From Vermamoeba vermiformis (Eukaryota), in assembly GCA_045837725.1 (NCBI GenBank), contig JBEWZL010000011.1:186001-250000 (forward strand): a DNA stretch of 64,000 nt, read 5' to 3'. Made by a program: the position numbers and the translations under genes. The notes below the pieces were generated by a model. It saw only the letters and a program-made list of their open reading frames with translations, did not search any database and had not been told where the DNA came from. The first letter of the stretch is position 1. Each line of letters begins with the position of its first letter. Below are positions 1 to 13,174 of the stretch, one piece after another.

Positions 1-58
1 ATAGTACCAAGAGACGCCGCGCCTTAACACAATATTATATTAATTAATTTGCATTTAG

Positions 59-1841
59 GCGATGCTGCAAGCGCATAAAAAGGAGATGCTGACGAAAGCT
101 CGATTAATAATCCCTGACATGCAATTGTGCACCGATCCCCATTGCAGATACTGCACTGTGGATTCATACCCTCCAATAGGTAATTATTTCAAATTAAATA
201 AGAATTTTTTTTTGAGGATTTGTCTTCATCCATTCTAACAACCGGTTGTTAGTGCCGTGCACCGTTTGCGAAGCCAAAAAAAGTTGCAAAATAGTAACGA
301 CAATTCATTCTGATCCCGAAACAAAGCTTATTCACGAGTACTACGCACCTGTTTGTGGATCCGCCTGTGCCGCTCAATTTTCTAAAGATGAAGAAGAGGA
401 ATTCGATCGAAAAATGACCGCCGTGTTGGAAAGCAGAGGGTACAAAACTCAACAAGATACAAATGGTTTCTGGACAATTTCAAATGTACGTGCTCGATTT
501 TCTAAAACCGATCGCTGACAACTTTAGAACGATCACCCAATGTTCGTAAATGTTAAAGAGACTTCAGCGGAGCCTAGCTTACTTTCCAAGGCCTGGAACA
601 GCAGGAATTCTTGTCAGTTGAACCTCACTTGCGTGGACATGCTGATCCACGACTCGCCAACCCTCACCGAACCAAGGTGCGTTACTTCTGATGCCGCGAT
701 ACGTGTTTACTAACAAATATCAATGCACAGCAAGGTGTTGTTCCACATGAGCGACGCCACACGCCTGTTCTTTGAAGAGATGAATCAGCATCCCATTCCT
801 TCGAACTGGAAGGTCGAGTACCCTGGTGTTGTGGCTACGGGCCATTACTTTATCTCAGGTGATTTCAAGCTTGAAGACGGCTCTGTTGAGCGCGTCGTGT
901 TGAAGCTGCCAGAGCACGAGGGCTGTAAGTCGCTTGATTCTCAGTGTCGGGTTAAGAATTAATTGTCGTTCAGTCACTGCTTGGTATGCTTACGACAAAA
1001 TTGCAAAGACGTATTGGCAGAAAGTCACTCGTCGACAAGAGAACCAAAATATTGTCGCGTTGCTGCTGCCTCTCGTCGCGTTGGGTGTTCATTACAAATT
1101 GCCCGAACTCATCTTCTTTGGCATGCTGGTACGTTCTAAACCGTTTATCTAAGTGCACATGTGAATTAATACACGTTAATCTAGCTCAAGAAGTACCTGC
1201 TGAAACAAAAGTACAAGAACTTCAAGCTGGCTGCAGCCTGTATCAAGCACTGTTTGCTTCTGATGAGCGCACACAAAAACATCGACCTTGACGTGGTATC
1301 GGGAGTACTTGGCGTTGTGCTTCAAATGGGCACTTTGTTGGGCTCGTGCAACGAATTCGAACTGTTGTGCGATGAGTACAGTGAGGCCATTGAGTGGGCT
1401 GAAGCTAACAACGGCACTGCCTCTGATCAATATGCTAGCGTGTTGAACAGCTTGGGTCTCGCATATAAGACTACGAGACAGTACGACAAAGCGAGGAAGA
1501 GTTACAACAAGGCGCTGTCTCTTACCACGGATCAACGAAAAATTGCCCTCATGCAAAGAAACATTCATTTACTTAACGACGCCGAAAAAACTTCAAAGTT
1601 GTTGATAAGAGAAGCCGAGGAGCACTTGCAAAAGGATCGCATCAAGCAAATCGAAGGACACCAACGAGATGCGGGTGTTTTGAAAAAAGAAATTAATGTT
1701 GATTCTTGTGCGGCTTGCCACAAGACAGGAAAAGACTTCAAGATTTGCGCTGGTTGCAAACGCGTGCATTACTGCGATAAAGAATGTCAAAAGGCACACT
1801 GGCCAGAACACAAATCCCTTTGTAAAATCGCCAAGAAATAA
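59..1841 (+). CDS. Multi-exon TPR + C-terminal MYND zinc-finger protein (5' end probably outside the window)
   Basis: ORF pieces at 246, 723, 934 and 1254 join through GT-AG introns. TPR-like segment ASVLNSLGLAYKTTRQYDKARKSYNKAL; MYND motif CAAC...CAGCKRVHYCDKECQKAHWPEHKSLC. Confidence 0.75.
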
Positions 1842-2417
1842 ATTCTCGTTTGGCATTATTTAAATATGACATATTGATTAAAATAGAAGTATGCCATCGA
1901 AAAATCACCCTAACGTTCGTCTAAAAGAAATAAAAAGCCCGAAAATTGTTCCAGAAATCTCTTTTTGTCATAATTCATCAGAACTGCTCGAGCAACACCA
2001 CAAATTGCATTTATACTGCTATTCTATGACTTGAATGTTGCAGAAACCCTTGTTTAACACCGATGGAACAACTTTTGATTGATGACGGGTGCGAGATCCC
2101 GGGAAGGAGCGGCATTACACAACTGAATGATTTTATTTAGAGGATAAGTTTTATCAAATTCAAGACCGATACCACACCACAACATTATTCACTTCAATTA
2201 AATTTTAAAACTCAAGGTAAGCGTGATAATAATTATTATTCTATTCTCCTTATTTACCGAAGCAACGAGCCGTTACTGGCTAAATTAAGACTATCTTTTA
2301 ATTAATAATAAGATTTATTTTGGTCCACTATGACTTAAGTTATTGTTTTGCATCTGAGCTGAACGTTGTTCTGGATGAGTCATTTGTCTAATTCTTTTAA
2401 AATTATAGGAAATAGCA

Positions 2418-3434
2418 ATGAATCGTGTGTGCTTGTTAGTCCTCTTTTCTATTGCAGTAGCGGTGCTTGCTCAAACCCCGAGCCCGTGTCCAACCTGCGC
2501 TTACCCACTTGCCCCGCCGGCTCAATACAACAATGGCACGGGTATCAACAAAGCTGGCCAAAAAGTGCTTGTCGTCGGTGCTTCTTCTCCGAAAGGCATT
2601 GGTCGTAATGTTGCACTCTTCTACGCTAGCCTCGGTGCTGAAGTGTACGCGTGCGCGAGAACTCCACGCAGCCAAGTGAAGAATTACCACGAATTTGTCG
2701 CTGCAGGCGTCACTTACCTTTATTGTGACGTCACCCAAGCTGCCACGTTGACCATTCTCGAGCGTCAGTTGAAGAATAGATACGGCGTTCATGCCTTGGA
2801 TCTGATTGCAGTCACTTCTGGCATTTTCTATTTTGGTGATTCAAACGAGATCTTGCCTCACCAAGCCAAGCAAGTCTTGGAGACCAACCAACTTGGCCCC
2901 TCCAATGTGTGGTACGCCTTGTCGGACATGTTGAAGCCCAACGCTAGCTTTGCCTTCGTTTCATCGTCTAACGCTCAAATCCCCTCGCCTTATGCCGCTG
3001 ACTACTCCGCCAGCAAAGTTGGTTTGCGTATGAAGATGCAAGTGCTCGCTTGGTCCAATCGCAATCGCATTGTTCCCGTCAAGTTCATCGACATCATGCC
3101 CAGTCAAGCCAATACCAACATCATGGAAAACGCTTTGCGCTCAGTTAACCCGAAGTGCCCTTCAGTGGATGCGGCTGCCTACAACGCCACAGCCAACATC
3201 TTGTTGACCCAAGGTCAATCTGGTTTGAACGTTGCCACTGCCTTCTTAGGAGCAGAGTTGATTGCCAAGCCTAACGAATACACCGTAGCTCACTCCGACG
3301 GCAGCAACCTCCTGTATCAACAATACGTCTATCTCGCTGGCCTCAACTTACGATTGTTGCCTCAAGAAGCCAATAACGCATACCAATTATTGTTCCAAGG
3401 TACTGCTAATGACCCCACAGTCTGCCCTCATTAA
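2418..3434 (+). CDS. Intronless short-chain dehydrogenase/reductase with N-terminal signal peptide
   Basis: 338-aa ORF with hydrophobic leader, Rossmann motif VLVVGASSPKGIG and catalytic YSASK. Confidence 0.85.
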   Translation: MNRVCLLVLFSIAVAVLAQTPSPCPTCAYPLAPPAQYNNGTGINKAGQKVLVVGASSPKGIGRNVALFYASLGAEVYACARTPRSQVKNYHEFVAAGVTYLYCDVTQAATLTILERQLKNRYGVHALDLIAVTSGIFYFGDSNEILPHQAKQVLETNQLGPSNVWYALSDMLKPNASFAFVSSSNAQIPSPYAADYSASKVGLRMKMQVLAWSNRNRIVPVKFIDIMPSQANTNIMENALRSVNPKCPSVDAAAYNATANILLTQGQSGLNVATAFLGAELIAKPNEYTVAHSDGSNLLYQQYVYLAGLNLRLLPQEANNAYQLLFQGTANDPTVCPH

Positions 3435-3562
3435 ATGATACCTTGTGAATTAGAATAAAATTGAATAAATTTCTTAGAGTTTCGACTTCTCCTTCCGGAA
3501 CATTCTACGCACCTTAAATTCTGTTGAGCCCTTGTATTACTTTTATACTAGCCTACTTAACA

Positions 3563-4993
3563 ATGAGCCACAAAAGCATGTCGAAGTTATCGCTAGAAGA
3601 TCGAACAGAAACTCGAAAAACCTTGCTGTCGTTGTTGAAGAGCAACAGAGACAATTTTCATATTGAATTTGAAGGCTTTTTTAGTAATCATTTGTCGCAC
3701 GCGCTGACTGCGTTGTATCATTTGGGGGGTGAGTTTTCTCGATCAGATGAGATCGTGCAACTAATCATGATTACCATTCTTTCATTAGCACCCGCAAGCA
3801 GACTGCACGAATTTTATGACAAGTATACGAAGAAGCTTGAACCAAAGCAGCCATCAAATAATTTAATTAACAAAAATAATTGGAACTTGTACACGGGACT
3901 TGATGCGTAAGACCGGTTCGTCATATATGACCCCATATATATTGACAATAATTTAGGCATTATTCGGATTATTTGGATTTCTTCTTAGATGAGATCAAGA
4001 ACAAAGGTCGCCAGTACTTAGTATGTTGTATCCATTTCCACTTTAGTATCTAACGCGTTATCAATAGATTAATGAATACTTCCCCGCGTTAAGCCACGGC
4101 CTGGCGGGAGGTGCTTTCCATGGTCTGATTACCCTTGGGTACGCACTCGAAGCGGACTGTGACGAGACTGTAGCGCAAGGAATGGCATATCTAGCAGTCG
4201 TTCACCTTCCTCTTGGTACCTTAGCTTCGCAGGTGTGTAGTAAACGATTAGTAATTGCAATGCAATAGTTAATGACACGTGTCACATAGGGAGTAAAGAA
4301 GGATCCGCTTCAAATCCTCAAGGAAGTCAAAGAGCGCCCAGAGTTGAGTTTATCGGCACTATTTGATGAATACCACAAAGAGCACAACAATCCACCGGGC
4401 TTTCAAACACGGATGAAGATTCTTCGCGACAAATACGGATCCTCTGTACTCAAAGAGTTTGACCTGTACTTGGACGAGAGTGGCAACGAAGAGTACGTGC
4501 AAGAACTACTTAAGACACTATCGCAAATCACGTGCGAAGGCTTTGCCAACAGTGGCTATCGAGACTTCTTCATGCTGCACGGAGTCACCAGCTATCGTTC
4601 GCTGAAGATGGTGTTGAACAACTTGAACAGAACGAGCGACAAGATCATCGCTCTGAAGCACTACTGGAGGTCAGTACAAGTTAGACATATGTTCGAGTCA
4701 ATTACTCACCCAGTGCTTTAAGAGCGTTCGTGTGCGCGTACGTGGCTCAAGGCAGCATTGACATCTTTATTCCCGAGAAGTTCTACAATCTGCCGCTGTC
4801 TTGGCCCAAGATCATCAAACCAGCTATCAAGAACGACGAAGAGCACCTGATTAAGATAGTGTACGTGTGCAAGCGAGAGGAAGAGGAGTACGGCAAGGTA
4901 CTCGATCGAGATCTGTACAGAGACGTCGCAGCGAAGGCGTTAGCGCTTGTAGAAATGTATGGCTTCGAATTTAATGCTTGGGGTGATGAATAA
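3563..4993 (+). CDS. Questin oxidase-like (DUF4243/HypA-type) oxidoreductase, multi-exon
   Basis: His-containing motifs across exons: FSNHLSHALTALYHLG, GGAFHGLITLGYALE, DFFMLHGVTS, DEEHLIKIVY. Confidence 0.8.
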
Positions 4994-5081
4994 AACAACG
5001 AGTTGAGCTTTTCACTTAATCTGCCACGTGTATTTTCTTACACTTTTGTGGCGCAGTAGTTCAATTAACAGAGCGGACACT

Positions 5082-5417
5082 ATGAGCACAAAAGCATCAA
5101 AGGTTGCCAACAAGGCAAATAATAATAAGAAGGAAACAAAGGCTACGGTAGAAAAACCTGTGACTAAATCTGAAACAGAAGATGACAGATCAAAGCAAAA
5201 GAAGGCAACAGAAAAATCAGATAATAATACCAAAAATGCTACGAACAAAAGTACGGATAATGAAGGCAATAACGATCAACAAACCGAGTCTGGAAGCATA
5301 TTCTCCCCTCGTGATCAAACAATTCTGCTGATAGTTTTCCTTGCCTTCACTTTGGTTGTATGGACCATTGCACCATTCCAAGCACAGAACAATCCAAACG
5401 ATGTAGCAGCGCAATAA
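5082..5417 (+). CDS. Small low-complexity protein with one C-terminal transmembrane helix
   Basis: ATG at 5082; K/N/T-rich body, then ILLIVFLAFTLVVWTIAPF. Confidence 0.55.
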   Translation: MSTKASKVANKANNNKKETKATVEKPVTKSETEDDRSKQKKATEKSDNNTKNATNKSTDNEGNNDQQTESGSIFSPRDQTILLIVFLAFTLVVWTIAPFQAQNNPNDVAAQ

Positions 5418-5715
5418 AGAGCCGTTCATGATTTAAGCGCAGATTTAGCTGACAACTCATCGATCGGCTTCAAGCACTGTGGCCTCCGCTTGCGCATCTA
5501 CAACACGAATCAACAAAACCAACAGAAGTCCATTGTTCAAGAAATAGACCAAATTTGCTCGAGTTGTCCAAAATCGCCAGATCTTTCATGAACGTTCTTT
5601 GAACTACCCGAATATTTCAGGGCTGTCCTCACCCATACAAAAGGGCGTCAACAAACATTTCAGTCAATTAAATTCAACAATCAACATAACAAACACAACA
5701 TACCAACAAAGATCA

Positions 5716-5928
5716 ATGGATACTCAAACTCCTTATCGCGAACAAACTTGTGATGCATGCTCTGGCCGTGGCTACTTGGCTTGTGCAATGTGCTGTGGCT
5801 CTGGCACCGTAACTGAATTCGTTGGCGACGACGCAGAGATTAGATCGTGTCCATCGTGCCATGGGGCATCAGAGCACTGGCAGACGTGCAGCAAATGCAC
5901 TGGCAAAGGAAAAGTCGAGCTTGACTAA
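5716..5928 (+). CDS. Stand-alone DnaJ-type CxxCxGxG zinc-finger microprotein (70 aa)
   Basis: Four repeats: CDACSGRG, CAMCCGSG, CPSCHGAS, CSKCTGKG. Confidence 0.75.
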   Translation: MDTQTPYREQTCDACSGRGYLACAMCCGSGTVTEFVGDDAEIRSCPSCHGASEHWQTCSKCTGKGKVELD

Positions 5929-6339
5929 CTAAAATAATCCTGACATTGGTAATTTTCGATTTTTTGCTAATTTGGCATGGCCCGAGGATCTTTGTCAACA
6001 TCTCCTTCGGGCGAAAATCGAAATTTATCTTGCTTTGTACATAATAATTTTGTTAATAAATCTTTTGTATTATTTAGCGCATACCAGTCACTTTATGTTG
6101 AATCCGCAGAATTCAGAGAAACTTGAGAGCTCCAAAATTAGCATCACTTGCCCGTTACAAAATTTTTGTTCAGCATTTATAACCAATACACGCTCGTATA
6201 ATAGCACTGTTCCCTACATCTGGTTCAGGCCTGCCGTTCGTACGCACCTGTGGATACGACCGTTACGATTTCAGAAATAGTTGCAGTACAATAGCGCTGC
6301 TTTCGAATATTATTGTTTAGTAATTAGTACGAACACGAT

Positions 6340-7792
6340 ATGAGTCAAGAAGATAGAAAAATAGAAGACGACGGTCCACGCGAAACAAAAGTTTCAGCAT
6401 CCGTTCGGTACTTTTCAGAGCTGGGCGATAAAAAGCGAAAGAAAATGAGATATATTAGTAAGTAATTGTTATAATTGCTTCAGTATACTTACGAAATATT
6501 TCAGTGGCATTGAATAGCGAAGAGGGACCGATCCACTTTTATTCGAAGGTAAAAATTGCACACAAATACATCTTATTTTAAAAGGCCTTTTGTTAACGGA
6601 TTTATTTAGTACATTAATCAGAGCGAAGGATTGAAGAAGGCTAAGCTTGAAAAAAGTCTTGTACGAATATCTCCAGACGGATTCTCCTGGGTCAAAGTCG
6701 GTGGAACTGACAAAAAGCGGTTAAAACAAGAAACTATCGAAGCTGCATTTAAGGTAAGTACAATTTCGCGGCAAATAGTCATATCTTCAAAAACTCGTAG
6801 TCATCTGTACCGGATTCGTACTGAGTATTCCCTCACTTTGCAGGAAGCTCCAGTGTTTGCATGGCAAACTATAATTACTTGGGACACGCACGCAAAATTG
6901 GAAGAATTTCGTATTATATTCAAGGTTAGTTGCAACTAACAAAATCTTATATGCAAACTAATTTTTTTCAACAGAATCTCAACGCTGATATAAAGAAAGA
7001 AGAAGAGGAGCGTAAAAAGAAAGAAGAGCAATTGAAGAAGCAACAATCGAAACTGAGGATAATGGAAAAAGTTCCGCCTGGATGCGTTATGTACCGTTTC
7101 AAGTCTTCTATGGTAAGTCGTGATAGCCATTACAACGCAATTCAATTATATGCCAATTAAATCGATTCTCTAGTTTAAAGAAATTTCAGACTGCGTTAAC
7201 GAGACGATCATGAACATTCAACGTACCAAGGGTCTCGCGCAGGTTGACCTTGATAAGAAAGAGGGTAAGAAATAGAACTATATTATAGTCCTAGTGTAGC
7301 GGGGCTCATATATTGTGCTCGTAGACTCTGAAGAGAAGAAAGATTTGCCGACTAATTTGCCACAATTGCAAGTCGATGAGAGTAACAGACGACGAAGAAA
7401 CAGATCCGCTTCGTTGGGAAGCAAAGACGACGGTGAGTACTACGCACTTCAAACATAGCATAGTTATAACGGGGTCTAATGTAACACTGCACAGACCGAC
7501 CAAACTCAGCTCGTTCGCACGGTTCTAGTCATGCAGGCCAAGCCGGACAAGCCAACCTTGGACTACCACCGAGAAAGTAAGTGATATATTGCAAATGATA
7601 GGACATTTTAAATATCCCTGGCCCTTACTAACGTGTTGCAGGCACGCTGGAAGTACCGAGCATCACCAACACAACAAGCGAAGAGAAGAAGATCGCGAGA
7701 ACATCTTCGTGGACGCTACGTACCACCCTTCAACTGGCAACGATATGATGTCGAGTTACATTCCTATGGCTGACACTTTCGGCGGTTTTTAA
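6340..7792 (+). CDS. Multi-exon hypothetical protein with a short coiled coil
   Basis: Short exons bounded by GT-AG; KKEEEERKKKEEQLKK segment; no recognisable domain; exon model uncertain. Confidence 0.45.
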
Positions 7793-8046
7793 TGGATGCA
7801 TTGCTCGTTGAATCCGCTCACAATTTCTTCGTTCAAAGCTGTTGAACGCCTACTTCTGTACACTAGTGATTTATTGATTAATATAAATAGAATTTGCGAT
7901 ACTCTTGCGTTACGTCCACGTGCACCGAGATTTCAATTTTATTTTTTGTGCAACGTCGTTATCGCAGTTTTCAATTAATAGATCATTGTGTCACTACGAA
8001 TGCCAACAGGCCGGTTATATTTTTGCAGCAGAAGGATTGAGCAACA

Positions 8047-9238
8047 ATGAGTACCGCAACAAACAAGACGTTTCCGAAAGTGATCGAGCTCAATGTTGGA
8101 GGACGGCACTTTAGCACTACAAAGAGCACACTATGTAAATATCCCGATTCAATGCTTGCTCGCATGTTTGAAGGTAACTTCGAGCTGGTTCAAGACGTAA
8201 GTTATCGCTGATCGACCAAAAAGAAATTAAATTTGCTTGATTTATACGTAAATGATTTAGAATTAATTCGCTATTACTATAACAAAACAACATGATTTTC
8301 AAGTTTTACTGTGGATTTGCTAAAAATAAAATAAATTATTTTCCGTTATTGATAAATCCTTAGAGTGCAGGTCGCTATTTCATAGATCGAGACGGAGAAC
8401 TATTTGGACATATTTTAAATTTCCTCAGAAACGATAGAATCTTGATCCCGGCATCAAAGCGAGATCTTGCCGAAGATTTACTTACTGAAGCAGATTTTTA
8501 CGGTATTGAGCCGCTAATTAATTACTTGAAAGAGGTAGTTGAGGAAATAGAGGCGGTAAGAATAAAATCTAGATCATTTTTCGTGATCTGACCTTTGCTT
8601 AATGAAGGAGCGCAACAGAATTTCCAATAGCAAAGTTTTTTACAACGAACTCAGACAAGCCTCGCTAAAGAAGTGGCAAGACTACGCTAATGTACGTTTA
8701 TTGCTCATATATTATTGCGATTGTTTTGACTTGATTAGTAGAACGTGTTCGACACGTGTTTTCCGGACATCAAAGAAAAGCTGATTAAAGCAGCCACCGA
8801 GAGTAATATTATGAACTGTCTTATTACTTTCCATCAAGGTACTGTCGGCTATTATGTTGTCTAGCGTTATTAATGTGCAATTCGTAGCTACAACCGATGA
8901 GAGCATCAACCAAGTGACTGTTGAGCGAAGTATCGGAAATTGTTGGAACAATCCTAATGTCGCTATTGGAGGCAGTATTAAGATTAATATTAAAGTCAGA
9001 TATGCACAGATTAGTATTCCCAATGGCTGTAAGTACCATGAATAACGCAACCAGTTCCAGATCTAAGATCCGCACGTTACCAGATTCGGCCATGCAAATG
9101 AACGCTGTCGCTGAGGTTTGGTGCGATAAATTAGAAAAATTAGGTTTTGAAGGAGTTAAATACAAAGCGCATCCGTTTGAAATTTACTTTAGGTGGAGCA
9201 AATACCTCACCGATAATTTTGTTCGTTTAATAAACTAG
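8047..9238 (+). CDS. KCTD-type BTB/POZ domain protein
   Basis: Spliced translation VIELNVGGRHFSTTKSTLCKYPDSMLARMF...YFIDRDGELFGHILNFLRN...EADFYGI. Confidence 0.85.
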
Positions 9239-9300
9239 GCTTTTCGATAATCGCATTCATTTTATTTACAAAATAAATAATATTAATATTCGTTGTTGAA

Positions 9301-12108
9301 CTACCTTTCGTTCAATGCCACTCCCGCAGTAGGTAAATTATTTACATCACTTTTTGGTGTAATGTCCCCTTGCGGGAAGTCATCCAGTTGCACTACGAAC
9401 TCGTCGTTGTATTTTTCATTATCGTAGTCAATAATCTCGTCCACTTTCTTCAAAAATCGTTCTGCGTATTGTTGTGGGGGTGTGACACTGATTCCTTTCT
9501 GTTACAAATAATTTTTGTCAGACATCGAAAATCGTAAGTACTGCAGTCACTTACCGAGTCTTGCAACACAATGTACACTTTGAAAAACCGTTCCAACTTC
9601 TTTTTGATGTTGTAAATGGTCAGCACGTCGATAATGCCAATAAAATACAGCTCTGTTTTGTCGTAACTCAGATACACGCCGTGTCTCTTCGTCCATTCAT
9701 CAATTTCTTCGGCCGTGGTGATATTGGGGTCGATTTTATGAATGCCCAATAATATGCTGTAGTCCATTGACTTGTGGAAGCACAAGAACTACATAGATTA
9801 GCCAGAATCAAGCTTGTCTTTTTGCGCTGGACTTACCGAGACGTCACGCTGCAGCACACCACGGATCTCCATTTTTTGATCTGGTGTCAAGTTCAGTTTT
9901 CGGTTGAAGTCCAAATCTTTCAACACGGACCTGAATATGCATTAGTAACGATAAGCATTGCCAGTGATTAACGTACGACTCTCTATTCGGCTTGTCCAGC
10001 TTAGTTCTTCGACCGACCCACGAGCCCTTCATGTCGTACCGTTCTTTCATTTTGAACTGTGGTGGGAACAAATTTTCCATGACGAGCACGTGCACGTTCT
10101 CCACATCGCCCACTTCTGACGACAATAGGCCGTAAAATCTTGTCAGCATTGAACGCGGTGTCGCTTGAAGGTGCTGTCGCAGAGCGTGAGCACAACGGAA
10201 TATTTAAATATGCACGTTTCGTACCTCGTAGTATTCGGGCAACATTTTGACCAGCGCATCGGCTTCCACTTGTGCTATGGTCTTAATAATGTACTTCTTG
10301 TCGGTCGTGAATAGCATAAAACTGTCGCTCTTTCCCTCGCTAAAACTCGACTCCAATGTTTGGTTCACCACACTCGCGTTAAATGAGTTCTAATAAGAGC
10401 GTTAGGTCTCTATTTCCTAATAAGGAAATGCCGTACCAAGTATTGTTCGGACGTCACGCCAGACAGAATTCTCAAGTTGTAAAACATGAGCGGCAAATAG
10501 TCGACGTTCTTGTACTGCAATAAGAGCGGTTGTTTGTCGCCTGAAGAATGGTTAGAATGAGCTACAAAAGAAGTTCCGTCGTGTTTAAAACATACCCGGA
10601 CGTTTGTATCCTTCGTGCAACATGCGCATGTCCTCGTCGTCCATGTCACTAGACAGACATTAACACGCTACAACAGACAGCGACATTCACAGTACTTACC
10701 CCGCATTGTCCAGCGTCATCGAGCCTTCTTGGACTCCATTGTGAGTGGCATTATTGGTACCGTTCTCGTTCACTAACTCGGACTGAATAAAGTGTTAGCG
10801 TGTAATATGGCCATGCGAATCGTGCGTTATTACCGTCTTTTGGATGCGCAGCATGATCTCTTGCAGAATTTTCTGTCGAATTCTCATCAACGTTTTCTTT
10901 TGTACGCCGTTCTCGCGCTTCAAATGCAGTTTGCCACAACAGCTCAAATTCTGCGACACGAAGGCGAAGCAAATAACGGCCTAAAGGTCGTTAGTGGTGA
11001 TAATTACAGTTACTGTTTATCAGTCTTACTTGAAACGAGTTGAACAACGCCAATGAAATGGTCGCGAGACGAAGGCTGGACGGTATAACACCGGCAATTC
11101 TGTGCGTTAGATCGTGTAAGACAACGGTCGTATTGTTGGGAATGCATCGTGCGTACCTGAACAAATCGATGGCGAAGGCGAACAAGGGCAAAATACCAGT
11201 GACGGCAAAGTTCAAGCACAACAGTCCGAAGAGATTGGTGATGGCATAGACCAGCAGTTGACGTCGCTTCAGGTACTTGACGGACACCGCAAATGCACCG
11301 AAGATGACGATGCACAGCGGCAGCACGTAGATGATCTTCATGAAGTGATTCGTCGTGCCCGAGAACCAGCACCTAGTGCACACAAAAATAGTTAATATTA
11401 ATAATGTCGCTATTATATTATAATATGACAAATATAGCTATCCATTCACTTACATGCCGTCGTAGTTTGAATGGCCGTATGAACCAGACCAAATCAAAAT
11501 TATTGCCGTTCCAAAAGATAATGACCAGGCCAATATATGATAATACTAACGTATTTATAATTAGATAACTCAATCTAAAAATAAGTCGCGCGCGTTACCT
11601 TTTCGTATTTTGATGTTTTATGGAAAGGCGTATTTAATAAATGCCAAACAGTCCAAATAATGCTGCCGCTCCAAACGATCGTATACGTGCCCCAAAATTG
11701 CGACCAGAACGCTATTAAATAACAAATTATTAATTAAATTAGTACGGTTGATTGATTGATCGGGATCTGTCACCGGAAATTTAAGAATATTTTGCTAATA
11801 TTACAACGAAAGAATACTATTAAAATTAATGATGACGCACCTTCAACGCCACATAATCCTCGCGACGATAATTCTAAGTTGTAGTTGGCCAAGTTGAACA
11901 GTCCAAAGTACTTCATTGAGAACAGCGCGTGTCCCGCCGAGTAATAAATGAGCAAGTTGAACGGGTGTCTGAAACCGACGGACCACCAAGTGACCAGGAT
12001 CGTGCTGAATGACAGCGGCAACGCGATCATGTACGAGATCAAAAACGTTGCACGAAAGCCCTGAGAAGAGAGCAAGTATATTAGATCATCTTCTATGGTC
12101 GAGTCCAT
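9301..12108 (-). CDS. Multi-pass GPCR-like membrane domain fused to a C-terminal phosphatidylinositol phosphate kinase (RpkA/GK-type architecture)
   Basis: Hydrophobic N-terminal exons (12108-11000); PIPK motifs SEGKSDSFMLFTTDKKYIIKT, LTRFYGL, YDMKGS, MDYSILLGIH, IGIIDVL, PPQQYAERF; TAG at 9301-9303. Confidence 0.85.
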
Positions 12109-12372
12109 TTTCAAATGGATGTAAGGCTGAAAATAAAAAGATGCAAGTAAAGATTAAATACCGAACGAAAATTCGGATTCGTGTTTTTCAAGAGAAGAAG
12201 ATTTAGTAAGCGTTAGTAAAAATACAAACTATAGCTAGTATATACTATAGCAATAAATAATCACGAAATTACTACGATTTCTACCCGTGCACAAAATCGC
12301 GGGAAGCACAAATTGGCGGTTTCAATTAATTAACATTAGTTTTATTTTCGGTAAGCTAATTTATTGTGCCTA

Positions 12373-12502
12373 CCGTAGTATATTATTGGAGATAGGGTAG
12401 CTACGATTGAGCATAGATTCGTGCGTGCTTACCGGTTCCAGCTCTGGTATCACGTCGGGTAGAAAAGAAATAGGCTGGTCTGTTTCCATAATATATTTAC
12501 GG
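12373..12502. mobile_element. Possible degenerate MITE
   Basis: Imperfect inverted ends (ta)CCGTAGTATATTATTGGA / TCCATAATATATTTACGG around ~130 bp of non-coding DNA. Confidence 0.3.
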
Positions 12503-13174
12503 TGACTGTATGTTTCGTTTTACTGCGAGATCGTGCGTTTTCAAAATCTGCAGATTACGGTGGCCGATCGCGTAATCTCCAGCGCCATACTTTCGAAAAA
12601 AATATACAAATAAATAGTTGTGGTGTTTCGGTGAAAGTTTAGCGAGCTGACAATTATTGTCGCTGTGAGTGTGTTTAGTGAGGAAAATCAAAGGAATAAT
12701 TTTTGCCCGTCAAAAATTTACGCTCGGCACGCTGTCGGAACCTTCTCTTGAACTTTTGTTGTGTTCGTTATTTTCTCTCTCTGTACGTTTAATTGTGGGG
12801 TTACTCATTGGTAGCATAAATTTCTCGGACCTACTTCCAAACTCGAATACACTGGATCTGCAGCTTGTTTTTGTGTGTTTTGCTCGTTTTTTCATTTGCT
12901 GCAGTTAGTTTGGAACTGGCTGAATTCATGTGCTGCTGCCAAGCTGAAGCCATGCTTGATGAGAAGCAGCTCTCTTCAAACAATTTATACCGCTGCTTAT
13001 TCAATGCAAACGGTTTCCAGTGAAAATAATAAATGGTCATTGTTACGTCGAAATATTGAAGTATCGAGTAAGTGAAATAATTTCAGCAATTCAATGACTA
13101 TTTAATACACTTAATTGTATAAGCGAAATAGTCGTGCTTCATATTATTTAATCAATTTGTTAAATTTAGGTGTA

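Noticed and set aside
5972-6280. 102-aa ORF
   Set aside because: Non-ATG start in AT-rich intergenic DNA with no motif.
12500-13170. Short ORFs on both strands
   Set aside because: No recognisable domain or coherent exon chain.
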